Below, piece after piece: positions 9,481-18,467 of a stretch of 45,022 nucleotides of DNA (positions are counted from its first letter, which is position 1; each line of letters opens with the position of its first letter). The notes under the pieces are model-generated. The model ran no database searches. It saw only the letters and a list, made by a program, of their open reading frames with translations, and was not told where the DNA came from. The position numbers were made by a program, and so were the translations under genes. This stretch comes from a virus (lineage: Duplodnaviria > Caudoviricetes), in the IMG/VR virus record IMGVR_UViG_3300011112_000005, positions 1-45,022 of that record; one strand, given 5' to 3'.

Positions 9481-10884
9481 ATGGGTATCCCGAACTCAGA
9501 GTTGCTCGCGATCATTGCTGCGGCTAGCGTAGCCGCCGAGCATGACTTGGTGCTCGATCCACTGGGCGTAGCCGATGGGAATGTCTTCACGGACTACGCG
9601 GCATTGCTAGCAGCAGTTGCCTTACGGGATGGGTTTGTCCGCGTCTTTGTCAAAAGTGACGTCACGATATCGACGGGATCGTTTGGTGACGAGGTATCCC
9701 GAATAGATTTCGTCGGGGACCTCGGACCGGGGGCCTTCCCCATTTTTACCTTCGACGGGGACGCGACCCATACGGCGGTTCCACGGTCTATCTTGTTCAT
9801 AACTATCTCTGTGTCTGCTAGTGCGACTGCGTCCCCGTTTGTACTCAGCGCCCTGATTCTCAGCTTGATGCAGGCGAGCACCTCTTCATTCGTCACAGCG
9901 GCTGGAGGTCAGCCTGTATTTCGTCTGACTGATCCCCGCGTGCTAGTACTGGTCTGTCGATCAATGGAACTGGAGGTCAATGGCGCTGTGCCTATCGTTG
10001 ACCTAGCGGGCGCTGGGCAACTGAGTTTGCAGCTATATCCGCCCTCCCTGGATGACGGTAACGGCATCCCCGTCGATGCGGTCATCGCGGCCGCGGGCAC
10101 TCAGGTTGACATTATTCTTACGGAGCCTACCTCGCAGGCCCCTCACCCGCGGGATATGCCGGGGGTGAATGCCGGAGCGTCAGTATCCTACGGCCCCCTC
10201 GGCCTTGCTGGTCTTGTGATCGATCAAGCCGATATCAGCAGCAACACCACGATCAGAAGGCCCAACTCAGTCATCAAGTTGGCTGTATCGTCCGCGTTCA
10301 CAGTCACGATCAATCTCTCCGACGTCAACTTGGAGAGGGGCCACTTCTTCGAGTTTGACACGACCCCCGCCGGGGCTGATTTCCCGGTCACGATCGCCCT
10401 GGTAAACGGCGGCACTTTTGCGGACGGATCGGCATCGAAAACGATTCAGCAAGGTCTCGGCCACTGGCGAATGGTCCGTACCGCTTCCGGCACGTGGGCC
10501 TTCTTTGGCCCTGACGGGATAGAGAACAGTGCGCAGGGCCCCCTTCATGTGCGGCCGGAGGCTGTTACTACGAATGCTACGCCTCTGGCCCTTCATACGC
10601 GCGCTGTGGCGGTCAATGATCAAGTGCTAAGCATTGAGGCGATTGTCTCGGGGTATGACACCACCAACAATGAGCAGTACAAATATCGGCTGACTGGCCA
10701 AGTAAAGAATATCACGGGAACGCTCACCATAGTCGCTAACACTGAGGTGATCGTAGAGGATGACGCGACTGCGGATGCTGTGCTGGTTGTGAGTGGCACC
10801 AATACAATCGTGCAGGTCACCGGTCCTGTGGCGAAGACGATTGAGTGGAAATCCGAGATCAACTACACGCAGGTGAGCCCATGA
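9481..10884 (+). CDS. Tail fibre-like structural protein
   Basis: ATG 9481 lies 4 nt after the upstream stop. Beta-rich, carries the shared fibre domain (~10270-10510) and a C-terminal beta-sandwich. Visibly more A/T at third codon positions. Confidence 0.6.
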   Translation: MGIPNSELLAIIAAASVAAEHDLVLDPLGVADGNVFTDYAALLAAVALRDGFVRVFVKSDVTISTGSFGDEVSRIDFVGDLGPGAFPIFTFDGDATHTAVPRSILFITISVSASATASPFVLSALILSLMQASTSSFVTAAGGQPVFRLTDPRVLVLVCRSMELEVNGAVPIVDLAGAGQLSLQLYPPSLDDGNGIPVDAVIAAAGTQVDIILTEPTSQAPHPRDMPGVNAGASVSYGPLGLAGLVIDQADISSNTTIRRPNSVIKLAVSSAFTVTINLSDVNLERGHFFEFDTTPAGADFPVTIALVNGGTFADGSASKTIQQGLGHWRMVRTASGTWAFFGPDGIENSAQGPLHVRPEAVTTNATPLALHTRAVAVNDQVLSIEAIVSGYDTTNNEQYKYRLTGQVKNITGTLTIVANTEVIVEDDATADAVLVVSGTNTIVQVTGPVAKTIEWKSEINYTQVSP

Positions 10885-11072
10885 CCACCAATCTCGCATA
10901 CCGAATGTGGCTCCGGGGAGCGCGCAAGCGGCTACTGGATCCTGACGAGCGCGTGAAGATAATCGCCTTGCGTGACGCGCCTACCACGAAGGCGGACTCG
11001 CGCGGGATGCTCGATTACGCGCTCACGGAAACGCAGGCGGAATACGACGCGAAGATCAAGGACGCCAACTAA
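10881..11072 (+). CDS. Small hypothetical protein (63 aa), possibly a fibre assembly chaperone
   Basis: ATGA overlap with the upstream stop; fills the gap. Function inferred from position only. Confidence 0.6.
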   Translation: MTTNLAYRMWLRGARKRLLDPDERVKIIALRDAPTTKADSRGMLDYALTETQAEYDAKIKDAN

Positions 11073-11095
11073 GAGGCGCGGGAAAAGGACACCTC

Positions 11096-11779
11096 ATGTC
11101 ACGTATCAGCCTAGTCAAACGGAACCCTGATCTGCAGCCGCCCGCGGACAAGGGTCAGCGAGATCTCGTCCTCGATCTCGATGGCAACATGGGCACCCGC
11201 GATGAGTTCGGGGACAACCGCTTCGGAAACTTCGACGGCTCGCCGCAGACCTATGCTGCGCAGGTCTCGCGCCCCGCGCTGGTCGACAACGCGGCGGTGT
11301 TCTTCGGCGAGCTGGTCGGGAGCATCACGCAGGTCTTCGCGCGGCTACAGGACAACAGCGTCCTGCAGGTGACGGGCGCAGGCGATGCGCGCGCACTCAA
11401 CTGGAAGGGCGGCACGCCGGGCAGCCCCTACGTCAACGGCGACACCGCGGTGGCTGTGGCTGGTCAGATGATCATGGTCGATGTGGGCAGCGGCGAGACC
11501 GTTACCGTCAATGTGCCTTCGTCGCTGGCGAACACGGGCCGTTCGTTCGAGGTCTTCAACACCAACGACAAGGATGCAGGGTCGAACGGAGATGTCGTCT
11601 TCCACCCGCTGGATGCCAGCGATAAGATCGGGTCTCAGGTGTCAGCCGGGGGCGATGCGCTGATCGACGGCAGCGGCGGCGGGTCGGCTGACATCAACGG
11701 CATCATGCTGCGCTCGGACGGTTTCGGCGGATGGCGCCCGATGCTCACAGGACAGGGCGATGTCCTTGCCGCAGTCTGA
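11096..11779 (+). CDS. Tail fibre-like structural protein
   Basis: AAGGA RBS. C-terminal shared domain 'MVDVGSGETVTVNVPSS..GRSFEVFN..LRSDGFGGW'. Confidence 0.6.
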   Translation: MSRISLVKRNPDLQPPADKGQRDLVLDLDGNMGTRDEFGDNRFGNFDGSPQTYAAQVSRPALVDNAAVFFGELVGSITQVFARLQDNSVLQVTGAGDARALNWKGGTPGSPYVNGDTAVAVAGQMIMVDVGSGETVTVNVPSSLANTGRSFEVFNTNDKDAGSNGDVVFHPLDASDKIGSQVSAGGDALIDGSGGGSADINGIMLRSDGFGGWRPMLTGQGDVLAAV

Positions 11780-12401
11780 TCTAGTCTGGCGATGGCAGCT
11801 GACACTTCGCGAGCGTTTCGCGGGATTCAGGTTCGTGCGCTCGACGGCCGAGCAGACCAAGATCGGCATCGAGGTCCGGCCCTTTCTACAGCGCAACGAT
11901 CCGTTGCCTGGTCACCCGGGACTGACCTACCGATTCGGGCTTGCACACGCGGGCGCCGCGCTCGGAGACATTGCACGCATTCGGGAGGCCCAGCCGGGCT
12001 TGCCGCACACAGGGGACGACAGAAGCGGTATTGTGGTCTTCGATGGGCAGACTCCGATCGCGAGCTACACGGTCTACGGTCGCGAATCGGCGCCCCGTCA
12101 CCGGATGTTCGTTACCTCGCCCTACCGGGGTCGGGGGCTGCCGGTCGTCATTCTGCTGGAATGGTACAAGCGGACAATGCGTGTGCGCGAGATGACGCCC
12201 CAGGTGATGAATGGCGGGGGCGTGAAGGTCTTTCTAGCGGCGCAGGTGGCGGTTACCGAGTGGGCCATCGCCAGCGGCCAGAGCGTCCCTGCGGCCGTCC
12301 GTGCGTCCCTCGGGCCCGACAGTGAGTACTTGATCGATCTGGCGGCCCAGGTCGACGCCAGCGGCGAGGCGGTGGTGGTGAGCGCGCCTGCGCTCCCTTA
12401 G
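11760..12401 (+). CDS. Hypothetical protein with GNAT acetyltransferase-like motif A
   Basis: 'IVVFDGQTPIASY..HRMFVTSPYRGRGLPVVILLEW' matches the V.p.yRG.Gl...ll acetyl-CoA binding loop; downstream 'MNGGGVKVF'. Confidence 0.55.
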   Translation: MSLPQSDLVWRWQLTLRERFAGFRFVRSTAEQTKIGIEVRPFLQRNDPLPGHPGLTYRFGLAHAGAALGDIARIREAQPGLPHTGDDRSGIVVFDGQTPIASYTVYGRESAPRHRMFVTSPYRGRGLPVVILLEWYKRTMRVREMTPQVMNGGGVKVFLAAQVAVTEWAIASGQSVPAAVRASLGPDSEYLIDLAAQVDASGEAVVVSAPALP

Positions 12402-12441
12402 CCGCTGGTTTCCTTCGGGGCCCCAATGGTAGGGTGAGTGC

Positions 12442-12948
12442 ATGGGACAATGGGGCAAAGGCAGTTGGGGCACAGGACAGTGGGGAAACGCCCCCGAGGT
12501 CAGTGCTCCGCTCCCCAGCTGTTCCGGCGCGGGTAACTGGGGTACGGGCCTGTGGGGCTGCGGTCCGTGGGGCGGCGGCGGGCCACCGACGCTGGGTGCC
12601 ATTTCGGTGGCCCTGTGCGACGTCAAGGGCGGCACAGTGCTCGGGGTGTTCGGGGCTAACTTCACCGACCCGACGCTCATCGAGGTGGTGAACAATGCGG
12701 GCACGATAGTATTCGGGACGGCCGAGTACTTCGAGGCGCGGCTGGATCTGCGCGCGGGCAAGATCCTCGCGGGGTTCCCGGCCCTTGCTGCGGGGACGTA
12801 CGGTATCCGAACCACCACGGCTGCGGGCACATCGGCCGTGTTGCCGGATGCCGTGACCTACGCCGTCTTTGCGGAAGAGGGGAAGGTTCAGCGGGTGCGG
12901 CGTCGCTACGCTGATATCTGGGCAACGGGCAATCGGATCCTGCAATGA
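12442..12948 (+). CDS. Virion structural protein with GxW(G) repeats and an IPT/TIG-like domain
   Basis: N-terminal 'GQWGKGSWGTGQWG..GNWGTGLWGCGPWG'. 'GGTVLGVFGANF..PALAAGTYGIRTTTAAG.S' resembles IPT/TIG. Confidence 0.6.
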   Translation: MGQWGKGSWGTGQWGNAPEVSAPLPSCSGAGNWGTGLWGCGPWGGGGPPTLGAISVALCDVKGGTVLGVFGANFTDPTLIEVVNNAGTIVFGTAEYFEARLDLRAGKILAGFPALAAGTYGIRTTTAAGTSAVLPDAVTYAVFAEEGKVQRVRRRYADIWATGNRILQ

Positions 12949-14342
12949 CCACACGGAAAGGCAGCGGCCTATTCTCGGCCATGTTGGATGCGGTTCACGG
13001 GGCCGACGAAAAGATAGGGGGGCAGGCGGTCACGCAGCTCACGGCGCCCCTGTTCGAGTCGGACGCTGTGATCCAGCTCGCGAGCACGATCGGCTTCGGC
13101 GAGTTTGAGGACGGCCTAGGCGATGCGCTCGTGGTGATCGGCCGCGAGATTATCTATTGCTCGGGGCGCACGCTCACGTCGTTCACCATCGGGCAACGCG
13201 GCGTCGACAGCACGATCATTCGCGCCATCTATCCGCCGAAGACGGTGGCGTTCGACCTCGCGCAGAACACCAGCGCGCTCGACCTCACGCGCCGCGGGAT
13301 GCTCGTGCGGTTCGCCATCGGCACCGACCTGGATATTGTCGGGCGCAACCTAGGCATGGAGAAGTGCCCGGGGCTCACCGATTCGATCTGGCGCAAGATC
13401 ATCCAGGACGTGGCCTACCTAGCGAAGCAACCGCTGGGCGCGATTGAGATTGCGCTCGAAGCGCTGCTCGGGGTCGGGAACTTCACGCTGTTCGAGCGCA
13501 CGGTGAGCAGCCCCAGCCGGTTCTTTGTAGACATCGACATCCCGGTCACCAACGACCTGCAGGGGAAGTTCTATCTCAACTTCGGAGAGCCGCAGGTGGT
13601 GCAAGCGGGTGGTATTATCGACGTCACCTACCCCATTGTGGCATCGCCGTTCGTGGGCACGGGCGCATCCGGCAACATTCGTGTGGTGAGCGGCGCGTTC
13701 TTGGTCGACGGGGAGACTTTCATTCTGAACGACGGCGTCAATCCGCCAGTCACCTACGAGTTCGATAGCAACGCTAGCGTGCTCCCCACGCCGGTTCTGC
13801 GGCCTGTGCCGTTCACTGCTACCAGCACAGAAGAGGATGTGCGGGACGCCATCGTGGCGGCCATTGTGGGGACTCCCCCGACGCAGACCATCGTTGCGGC
13901 CGCGGTAGGAAACCAAAACGTATCATTCAACAACTCGACAGTGGGTGTGCTCGGCAACATCGCGATTATCAGCACGGTTGCAGATACGACGTTCGCGATC
14001 ACGGGCATGGCAGACGGGGAGGACGCGGGCACACAGGGGGTGTTCGGCGTGTTCTTAGATATCCAAGCCTCGCGCGAGGGCACGCGGGATGGCCTGACCG
14101 ACTTCTTCGCAGGCGGTAGCTTCGTCGGGCAACAGATCACGTTGGGTGTGGACCCGGGCCCGGGTACGCTGGTGGTCGTGGACTACAATGCGCATGCTGC
14201 CCACTACGTGCCCCCCATTGCTTTCGTGAATGACGGAACCGACTTTCCACCGTATTTCTCCGACAACCTGTTGAGCGCCGTGTGCTTGCTCGACCAAGTA
14301 CGTGCCGCGGGTGTCGGCATCGAGGTATCCGCGAGCCCATGA
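12945..14342 (+). CDS. Baseplate wedge protein (gp7/gpI-like) with inserted domain
   Basis: 'AIGTDLDIVGRNLG..GLTDSIWRKII..AIEIALEALLG' and terminal 'LLDQVRAAGVGIEV' are typical of wedge/gpI-like proteins. Confidence 0.7.
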   Translation: MTTRKGSGLFSAMLDAVHGADEKIGGQAVTQLTAPLFESDAVIQLASTIGFGEFEDGLGDALVVIGREIIYCSGRTLTSFTIGQRGVDSTIIRAIYPPKTVAFDLAQNTSALDLTRRGMLVRFAIGTDLDIVGRNLGMEKCPGLTDSIWRKIIQDVAYLAKQPLGAIEIALEALLGVGNFTLFERTVSSPSRFFVDIDIPVTNDLQGKFYLNFGEPQVVQAGGIIDVTYPIVASPFVGTGASGNIRVVSGAFLVDGETFILNDGVNPPVTYEFDSNASVLPTPVLRPVPFTATSTEEDVRDAIVAAIVGTPPTQTIVAAAVGNQNVSFNNSTVGVLGNIAIISTVADTTFAITGMADGEDAGTQGVFGVFLDIQASREGTRDGLTDFFAGGSFVGQQITLGVDPGPGTLVVVDYNAHAAHYVPPIAFVNDGTDFPPYFSDNLLSAVCLLDQVRAAGVGIEVSASP

Positions 14343-14821
14343 GTAGTAAAGACCGATTTTGGATGAAGGTAGATAAGAAAGGCCCTGTGCCGGAGCACTG
14401 CCCTGAGCTGGGCCCTTGCTGGGTGTGGACGGCGCATGTGCAAAACTATGGCTACGGGCAGTTCTGGTTTGAAGGCAGGACAGTCCTGGCCCACCGTCAT
14501 AGCTGGGCTCGGCATCAGGGGACTATTCCAGAGGGTCAATGCGTACTCCACAAGTGCGACAACCCTTGTTGTGTTCGAGGCGCACATTTGTTTCTGGGCA
14601 CGAGAGACGACAATATGCGTGATAAGGTAGAGAAGGGTCGCCAGGCCGTGTTGGCGGGGGATCAAAATCCCAACGTCAAACTTTCTGATCGAGACGTCGA
14701 AAGGGTACGCAAGATCGTGACCGCAGGCGAAACACACAGAGCTGCGGCAGCCAGGTTTGGCGTGAGCAGAAGTCTGGTGACCAGCATCATAAATGGCAGG
14801 ATTAGAAAGGCGGCGGCGTAA
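14339..14821 (+). CDS. HNH homing endonuclease with C-terminal HTH-like DNA-binding domain
   Basis: 'RFWMKVDK..CWVWT..GYGQF..LAHR..VLHKCDNPCCV..HLFLGT..DN..D..KGR' followed by 'KLSDRDV..AARFGVSRSLVTSIING'. Lower GC than its flanks. Confidence 0.93.
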   Translation: MSSKDRFWMKVDKKGPVPEHCPELGPCWVWTAHVQNYGYGQFWFEGRTVLAHRHSWARHQGTIPEGQCVLHKCDNPCCVRGAHLFLGTRDDNMRDKVEKGRQAVLAGDQNPNVKLSDRDVERVRKIVTAGETHRAAAARFGVSRSLVTSIINGRIRKAAA

Positions 14822-17736
14822 TGACAAGGCGCGTGAACTTCTCATCGCAACAGCGCGTCGATCAGCCTGACGCACTGGCCATCGGCACATTCGCGACGAT
14901 GGACGCCCGTCGCATCTTGCGGCAAACCCTCATGGGCACCGACGCCAACCAGGGGGTCGATAAGGGCCGGATCATCCGTGGCTTCGCTGTGGAGGCCGAA
15001 GACCCAGGGGTGGGCCCCCGTGTCCTCGTGCGCATGCAGCTGGCCACCGGCGTCTACAGCGGCGCCATGGCCGCGATCAACAGCGGCGCGGGCACGCTCG
15101 ACTGGGGTCAGATTGCAGGCGGCGCCGATGGCCTGGGCAACCTGGAGGGCAGTGCGCAAAACCTGCTGGACTTCACCAGCCAGCCTCCCGGGGACTTCGA
15201 TGTCAAGCTGCGCGCGGTGTTCGGGCCGGGCCTCAAACGAAACCGTGCGTTCTGGAACCCCGCTTCAAACGCCGAGTTTATCCAACTCACCCCCACACGC
15301 CTACTACCCCAGTGGGAAATCGCCTTCCAGAACCACACTGACCCAGAGTGGGTAACCCTAGGCCGCGTTGCTTGGGATGGGGTGAGCATCGCCGCGGCCG
15401 ATATCACCGACCTGCGCGAGTTCCCGCTCGAAGGCACCCCGAAGCCCGTACAGCTGTTTGTCGATCAGTGGTCGTTCCCCGCTCAAACCGGCGATGCGGA
15501 CAACTTCGGCGTGGGGAACTTCGACCGCGGAGATGACCGCGGCACCGTGCAGTTCCCGGGCGTGTGGGCAGCCACGCGCGCGCTTGCGCGGCAGATCCAA
15601 GACATCAAGGGCGGCCGCGATAAAGACCTGCGTTACGACTGGTTTTCGCTGCCCGCGAGCGCGCCCGGCTTCTATGCCGATAACAACAACATAGGCACCA
15701 CGCGCACGATGCGCATGCTGGACACGGTCACCTTCACGTGTGCGGATGGCATCACGGACCACGGCGACTTCAATGGGCTCGATTCGATCTTCAACTGCTT
15801 CAAGTTCATCGCGGACAACCCGACGCTGACCCCCAACAGGATCACTATCCTGGTGAAGACCCGCAGCGTGGATTCGCCTACGTTCACCTGGAGTGATCAG
15901 ATCTCGATCGGCGGGGATAAGAGCATCACCCTTGTAGCCATTGGCGGAGGCGCTCCGTCATCCGACCCCATCTTGGATCTGCCGCAAGGCACAGCGATAA
16001 TCATAGGCGACACGCTGGTCAGTGGCTCCATGCTCAACTTTACCGGCAGCGCGATAGGATCGCTACATGTAGAGAACATCACGTGGGTCTCAGTGCTGGA
16101 TACGGTCGGCATAATCAGCATGAACCAAGAGTCATCGTTCTCCATGAAGAACTCGACTCTCACATCCCCAACCTTCACTGACGATTTGACGACCGTCACG
16201 CCCACACTTCGGTGCCCCAACACAAGCCTGGTAATCGAAGACTCCCTACTCGTGGGCCTGATCTATATCGGAGGAAAGGAAACTGCGCCTGGCGCGCCCA
16301 TCCCAGAGGAGAGGGACCTCAACTGGACGTACGGCCGGATAATCAATACTCGAATCTTCGGTCACACGCGGTTCCGTTACGACGATCCCGACGGCACCGA
16401 CGAGGATGATGCGTGGTTCTACGCCAACAATATCTCGGTGGAGGGCTGCACGTTCATCACGGTGGTGTCCAACAACAACAGTTTCGCAACAGTGGCGATG
16501 GTGGATCTCGCGGGCTGCCGGAACATGCGTTTCGAGCAGTGCAACTTCCAGTACGCGGGTGACGAGACCGCTATCCGGGTCAAGTCAGGGCCGGTCGTCT
16601 TCGGAACGCGTTGGTCGACGCCAGAGCACATCACGTTTGACGATTGCTTCTTCAAGCTATCCAACGACTCGGCTCATCCCGGCTTCCAGACCGGAGCAGG
16701 CGGCGCGGGCGGCACCTTCGGGACAGGTTGGGCAATCCGCCTGTACGGGGAGGAGTTGGGGGGTCCGGATCCTCTCGTCGGGCCAGACCAGCTGCCGCGA
16801 CATATCCGTGTCGAGGGCTGTAGATTCGACGCTGGGTTCAATCCGCTCACATCGCTGGACATCGTCTCACCTGCGGACGCGGGCTATATCTCTGCCACCG
16901 ATACGCGGTTCTCGCACTTCTCTAAGAATAGGTTCGTGAACTGGACGACGCCTTTGCCGGCCCAGAACCTCGATACCCAACGGTTGGTGCTATTCAGCGC
17001 GACGACCCTGGGCGCCACGATTGAGGGGAACAGCGACAACTTTTTCAATGACAACTTTATCGGCGACTGGCACAGCAGCGGCAATGGTGCGGGTAGGTGG
17101 GGCGACGGCAACATGAACGCCTTCATGGTTTCAGTCGCCGACCGCATACAGGTTCGAGGCAACGTGATCTCCGCCTTCAGGAGGGGCAGCAGTTTCATAC
17201 CTGACCTCACGCAGGCGTTGCCGACAGCGATGCTGGTGCAATCGACGCTGAACGCAGACATATCGTACAATCAGTTCGTCGGCTGGCGCGTATCCGCTAC
17301 CCCGCTAGATAATATCTGTGTGGGGTTCCTTAGCGCGAATGTGGGGGTCGACTTCAGCCACAACAAGTTCGTCGAATGCGGAGGCAACAACATCGTAGCC
17401 ACCGCAGCGGCGACACTGCTCGACTGCAGTTTCACAGCCAATCGCTTTCTTGTGGGTCAGGACACGTCAAAGTTTTCGTCGTGCATCGACTTCACCACGC
17501 TGGGCGCTGGGGGGGACTTCATCACTTACGTGGGCAACTCCTGGGACTACCAGGGGGCGCACATCGGCGTGCAGGACCCCGCGTGCGTGCGTATCGATAC
17601 GCTATTTGGTATGTTTTCGGCGAACCAGTTCAGTAACGGAGACGCCTTCCATCCCACGGGCACGGGGCCATTCGCCTTCTTCGTTGGTTGGAATAGTACG
17701 GAACGTCTGAGCCTGGTGTTCGACTACATCACCTGA
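14821..17736 (+). CDS. Tailspike / receptor-binding protein with right-handed beta-helix repeats
   Basis: 971 aa with an N-terminal anchor region, then many pectate-lyase-like rungs ('ISVEGCTF', 'MRFEQCNF', 'ITFDDCFF', 'IRVEGCRF', 'IQVRGNVI', 'ISYNQF', 'FSHNKF', 'FTANRF'). Confidence 0.8.
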   Translation: MTRRVNFSSQQRVDQPDALAIGTFATMDARRILRQTLMGTDANQGVDKGRIIRGFAVEAEDPGVGPRVLVRMQLATGVYSGAMAAINSGAGTLDWGQIAGGADGLGNLEGSAQNLLDFTSQPPGDFDVKLRAVFGPGLKRNRAFWNPASNAEFIQLTPTRLLPQWEIAFQNHTDPEWVTLGRVAWDGVSIAAADITDLREFPLEGTPKPVQLFVDQWSFPAQTGDADNFGVGNFDRGDDRGTVQFPGVWAATRALARQIQDIKGGRDKDLRYDWFSLPASAPGFYADNNNIGTTRTMRMLDTVTFTCADGITDHGDFNGLDSIFNCFKFIADNPTLTPNRITILVKTRSVDSPTFTWSDQISIGGDKSITLVAIGGGAPSSDPILDLPQGTAIIIGDTLVSGSMLNFTGSAIGSLHVENITWVSVLDTVGIISMNQESSFSMKNSTLTSPTFTDDLTTVTPTLRCPNTSLVIEDSLLVGLIYIGGKETAPGAPIPEERDLNWTYGRIINTRIFGHTRFRYDDPDGTDEDDAWFYANNISVEGCTFITVVSNNNSFATVAMVDLAGCRNMRFEQCNFQYAGDETAIRVKSGPVVFGTRWSTPEHITFDDCFFKLSNDSAHPGFQTGAGGAGGTFGTGWAIRLYGEELGGPDPLVGPDQLPRHIRVEGCRFDAGFNPLTSLDIVSPADAGYISATDTRFSHFSKNRFVNWTTPLPAQNLDTQRLVLFSATTLGATIEGNSDNFFNDNFIGDWHSSGNGAGRWGDGNMNAFMVSVADRIQVRGNVISAFRRGSSFIPDLTQALPTAMLVQSTLNADISYNQFVGWRVSATPLDNICVGFLSANVGVDFSHNKFVECGGNNIVATAAATLLDCSFTANRFLVGQDTSKFSSCIDFTTLGAGGDFITYVGNSWDYQGAHIGVQDPACVRIDTLFGMFSANQFSNGDAFHPTGTGPFAFFVGWNSTERLSLVFDYIT

Positions 17737-17748
17737 AGGGAGTTCAAG

Positions 17749-18144
17749 ATGGATGCAGCAACGGTAGGTGAGTGGCTTGGTATCTTCGAGCCGTGGTGGC
17801 CTGCCATCGCGCAGATTGTGACCTTCTGGTTTGTCGGTCAGGTCATGAAGAAAAACGTGTGGACCAAGGCGAGGGCCGTCGACAGTATGTTTTTCGATCT
17901 CATGCGCAGCACGATGGGTCTGCACCCCATGATCGCCGGGGCGTGCTGGGGCGCCTGCTACCCGTTCATGCCCGCGGTCGCGTCCGTGGGTACGCGCGGG
18001 GGTGCCATCACGCAGGGCATCCTGTGCGGCGTACTGAGCGTCCTGGCGTTCAAGGCGCTGGAGTACTACGCCGAGGCGAGGGGCAAGACTGGCCTGCTAC
18101 GGTTCTTGCGGGAGACCGGCGACCGGCCTACGGTGCGTCCGTGA
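17749..18144 (+). CDS. Putative holin (small protein with ~3 TM segments and charged C-terminus)
   Basis: 131 aa, three hydrophobic stretches, basic tail, first gene after the tailspike; AAGGGAG RBS. Confidence 0.55.
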   Translation: MDAATVGEWLGIFEPWWPAIAQIVTFWFVGQVMKKNVWTKARAVDSMFFDLMRSTMGLHPMIAGACWGACYPFMPAVASVGTRGGAITQGILCGVLSVLAFKALEYYAEARGKTGLLRFLRETGDRPTVRP

Positions 18145-18467
18145 GCAACGCGAAGAAGTATGCGGCTGCAGTGGTGAGCGCCATCGCGGCCGTGCTAGCG
18201 TTTCTGCTCTATCGTAAATACCAGTCGAACCACGTCGACACGATCAAGGATGCACTCGTAGTCGCGAGGGCCGAGACCGAGGTCAAGGTGCTCGACGCGA
18301 GGCGCGAAGCCCTTGAGCAGGATATCGAGGACCGCGACGAAGAGATCGCGGTGGTCAAGGATCAGCTCGTGGTGAGTAAGAGGTCGATTGTCGAGGCACG
18401 GACCATGGTCGAGTACATGGACGAAGATGCGATGCTCGACCAGTATCGAAAGCTCGGGTACTTGTGA
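18141..18467 (+). CDS. N-terminal TM + coiled-coil protein (i-spanin-like)
   Basis: GTGA overlap. 'KKYAAAVVSAIAAVLAFLLYRK' anchor followed by a heptad-rich helix. The ORF-track extension to 17772 is spurious. Confidence 0.55.
   Translation: MSNAKKYAAAVVSAIAAVLAFLLYRKYQSNHVDTIKDALVVARAETEVKVLDARREALEQDIEDRDEEIAVVKDQLVVSKRSIVEARTMVEYMDEDAMLDQYRKLGYL

Noticed and set aside
14821-17736. Diversity-generating retroelement target in the tailspike or fibres
   Set aside because: No reverse transcriptase in the window and no TR/VR pair differing at adenines was seen; one outside the window cannot be excluded.
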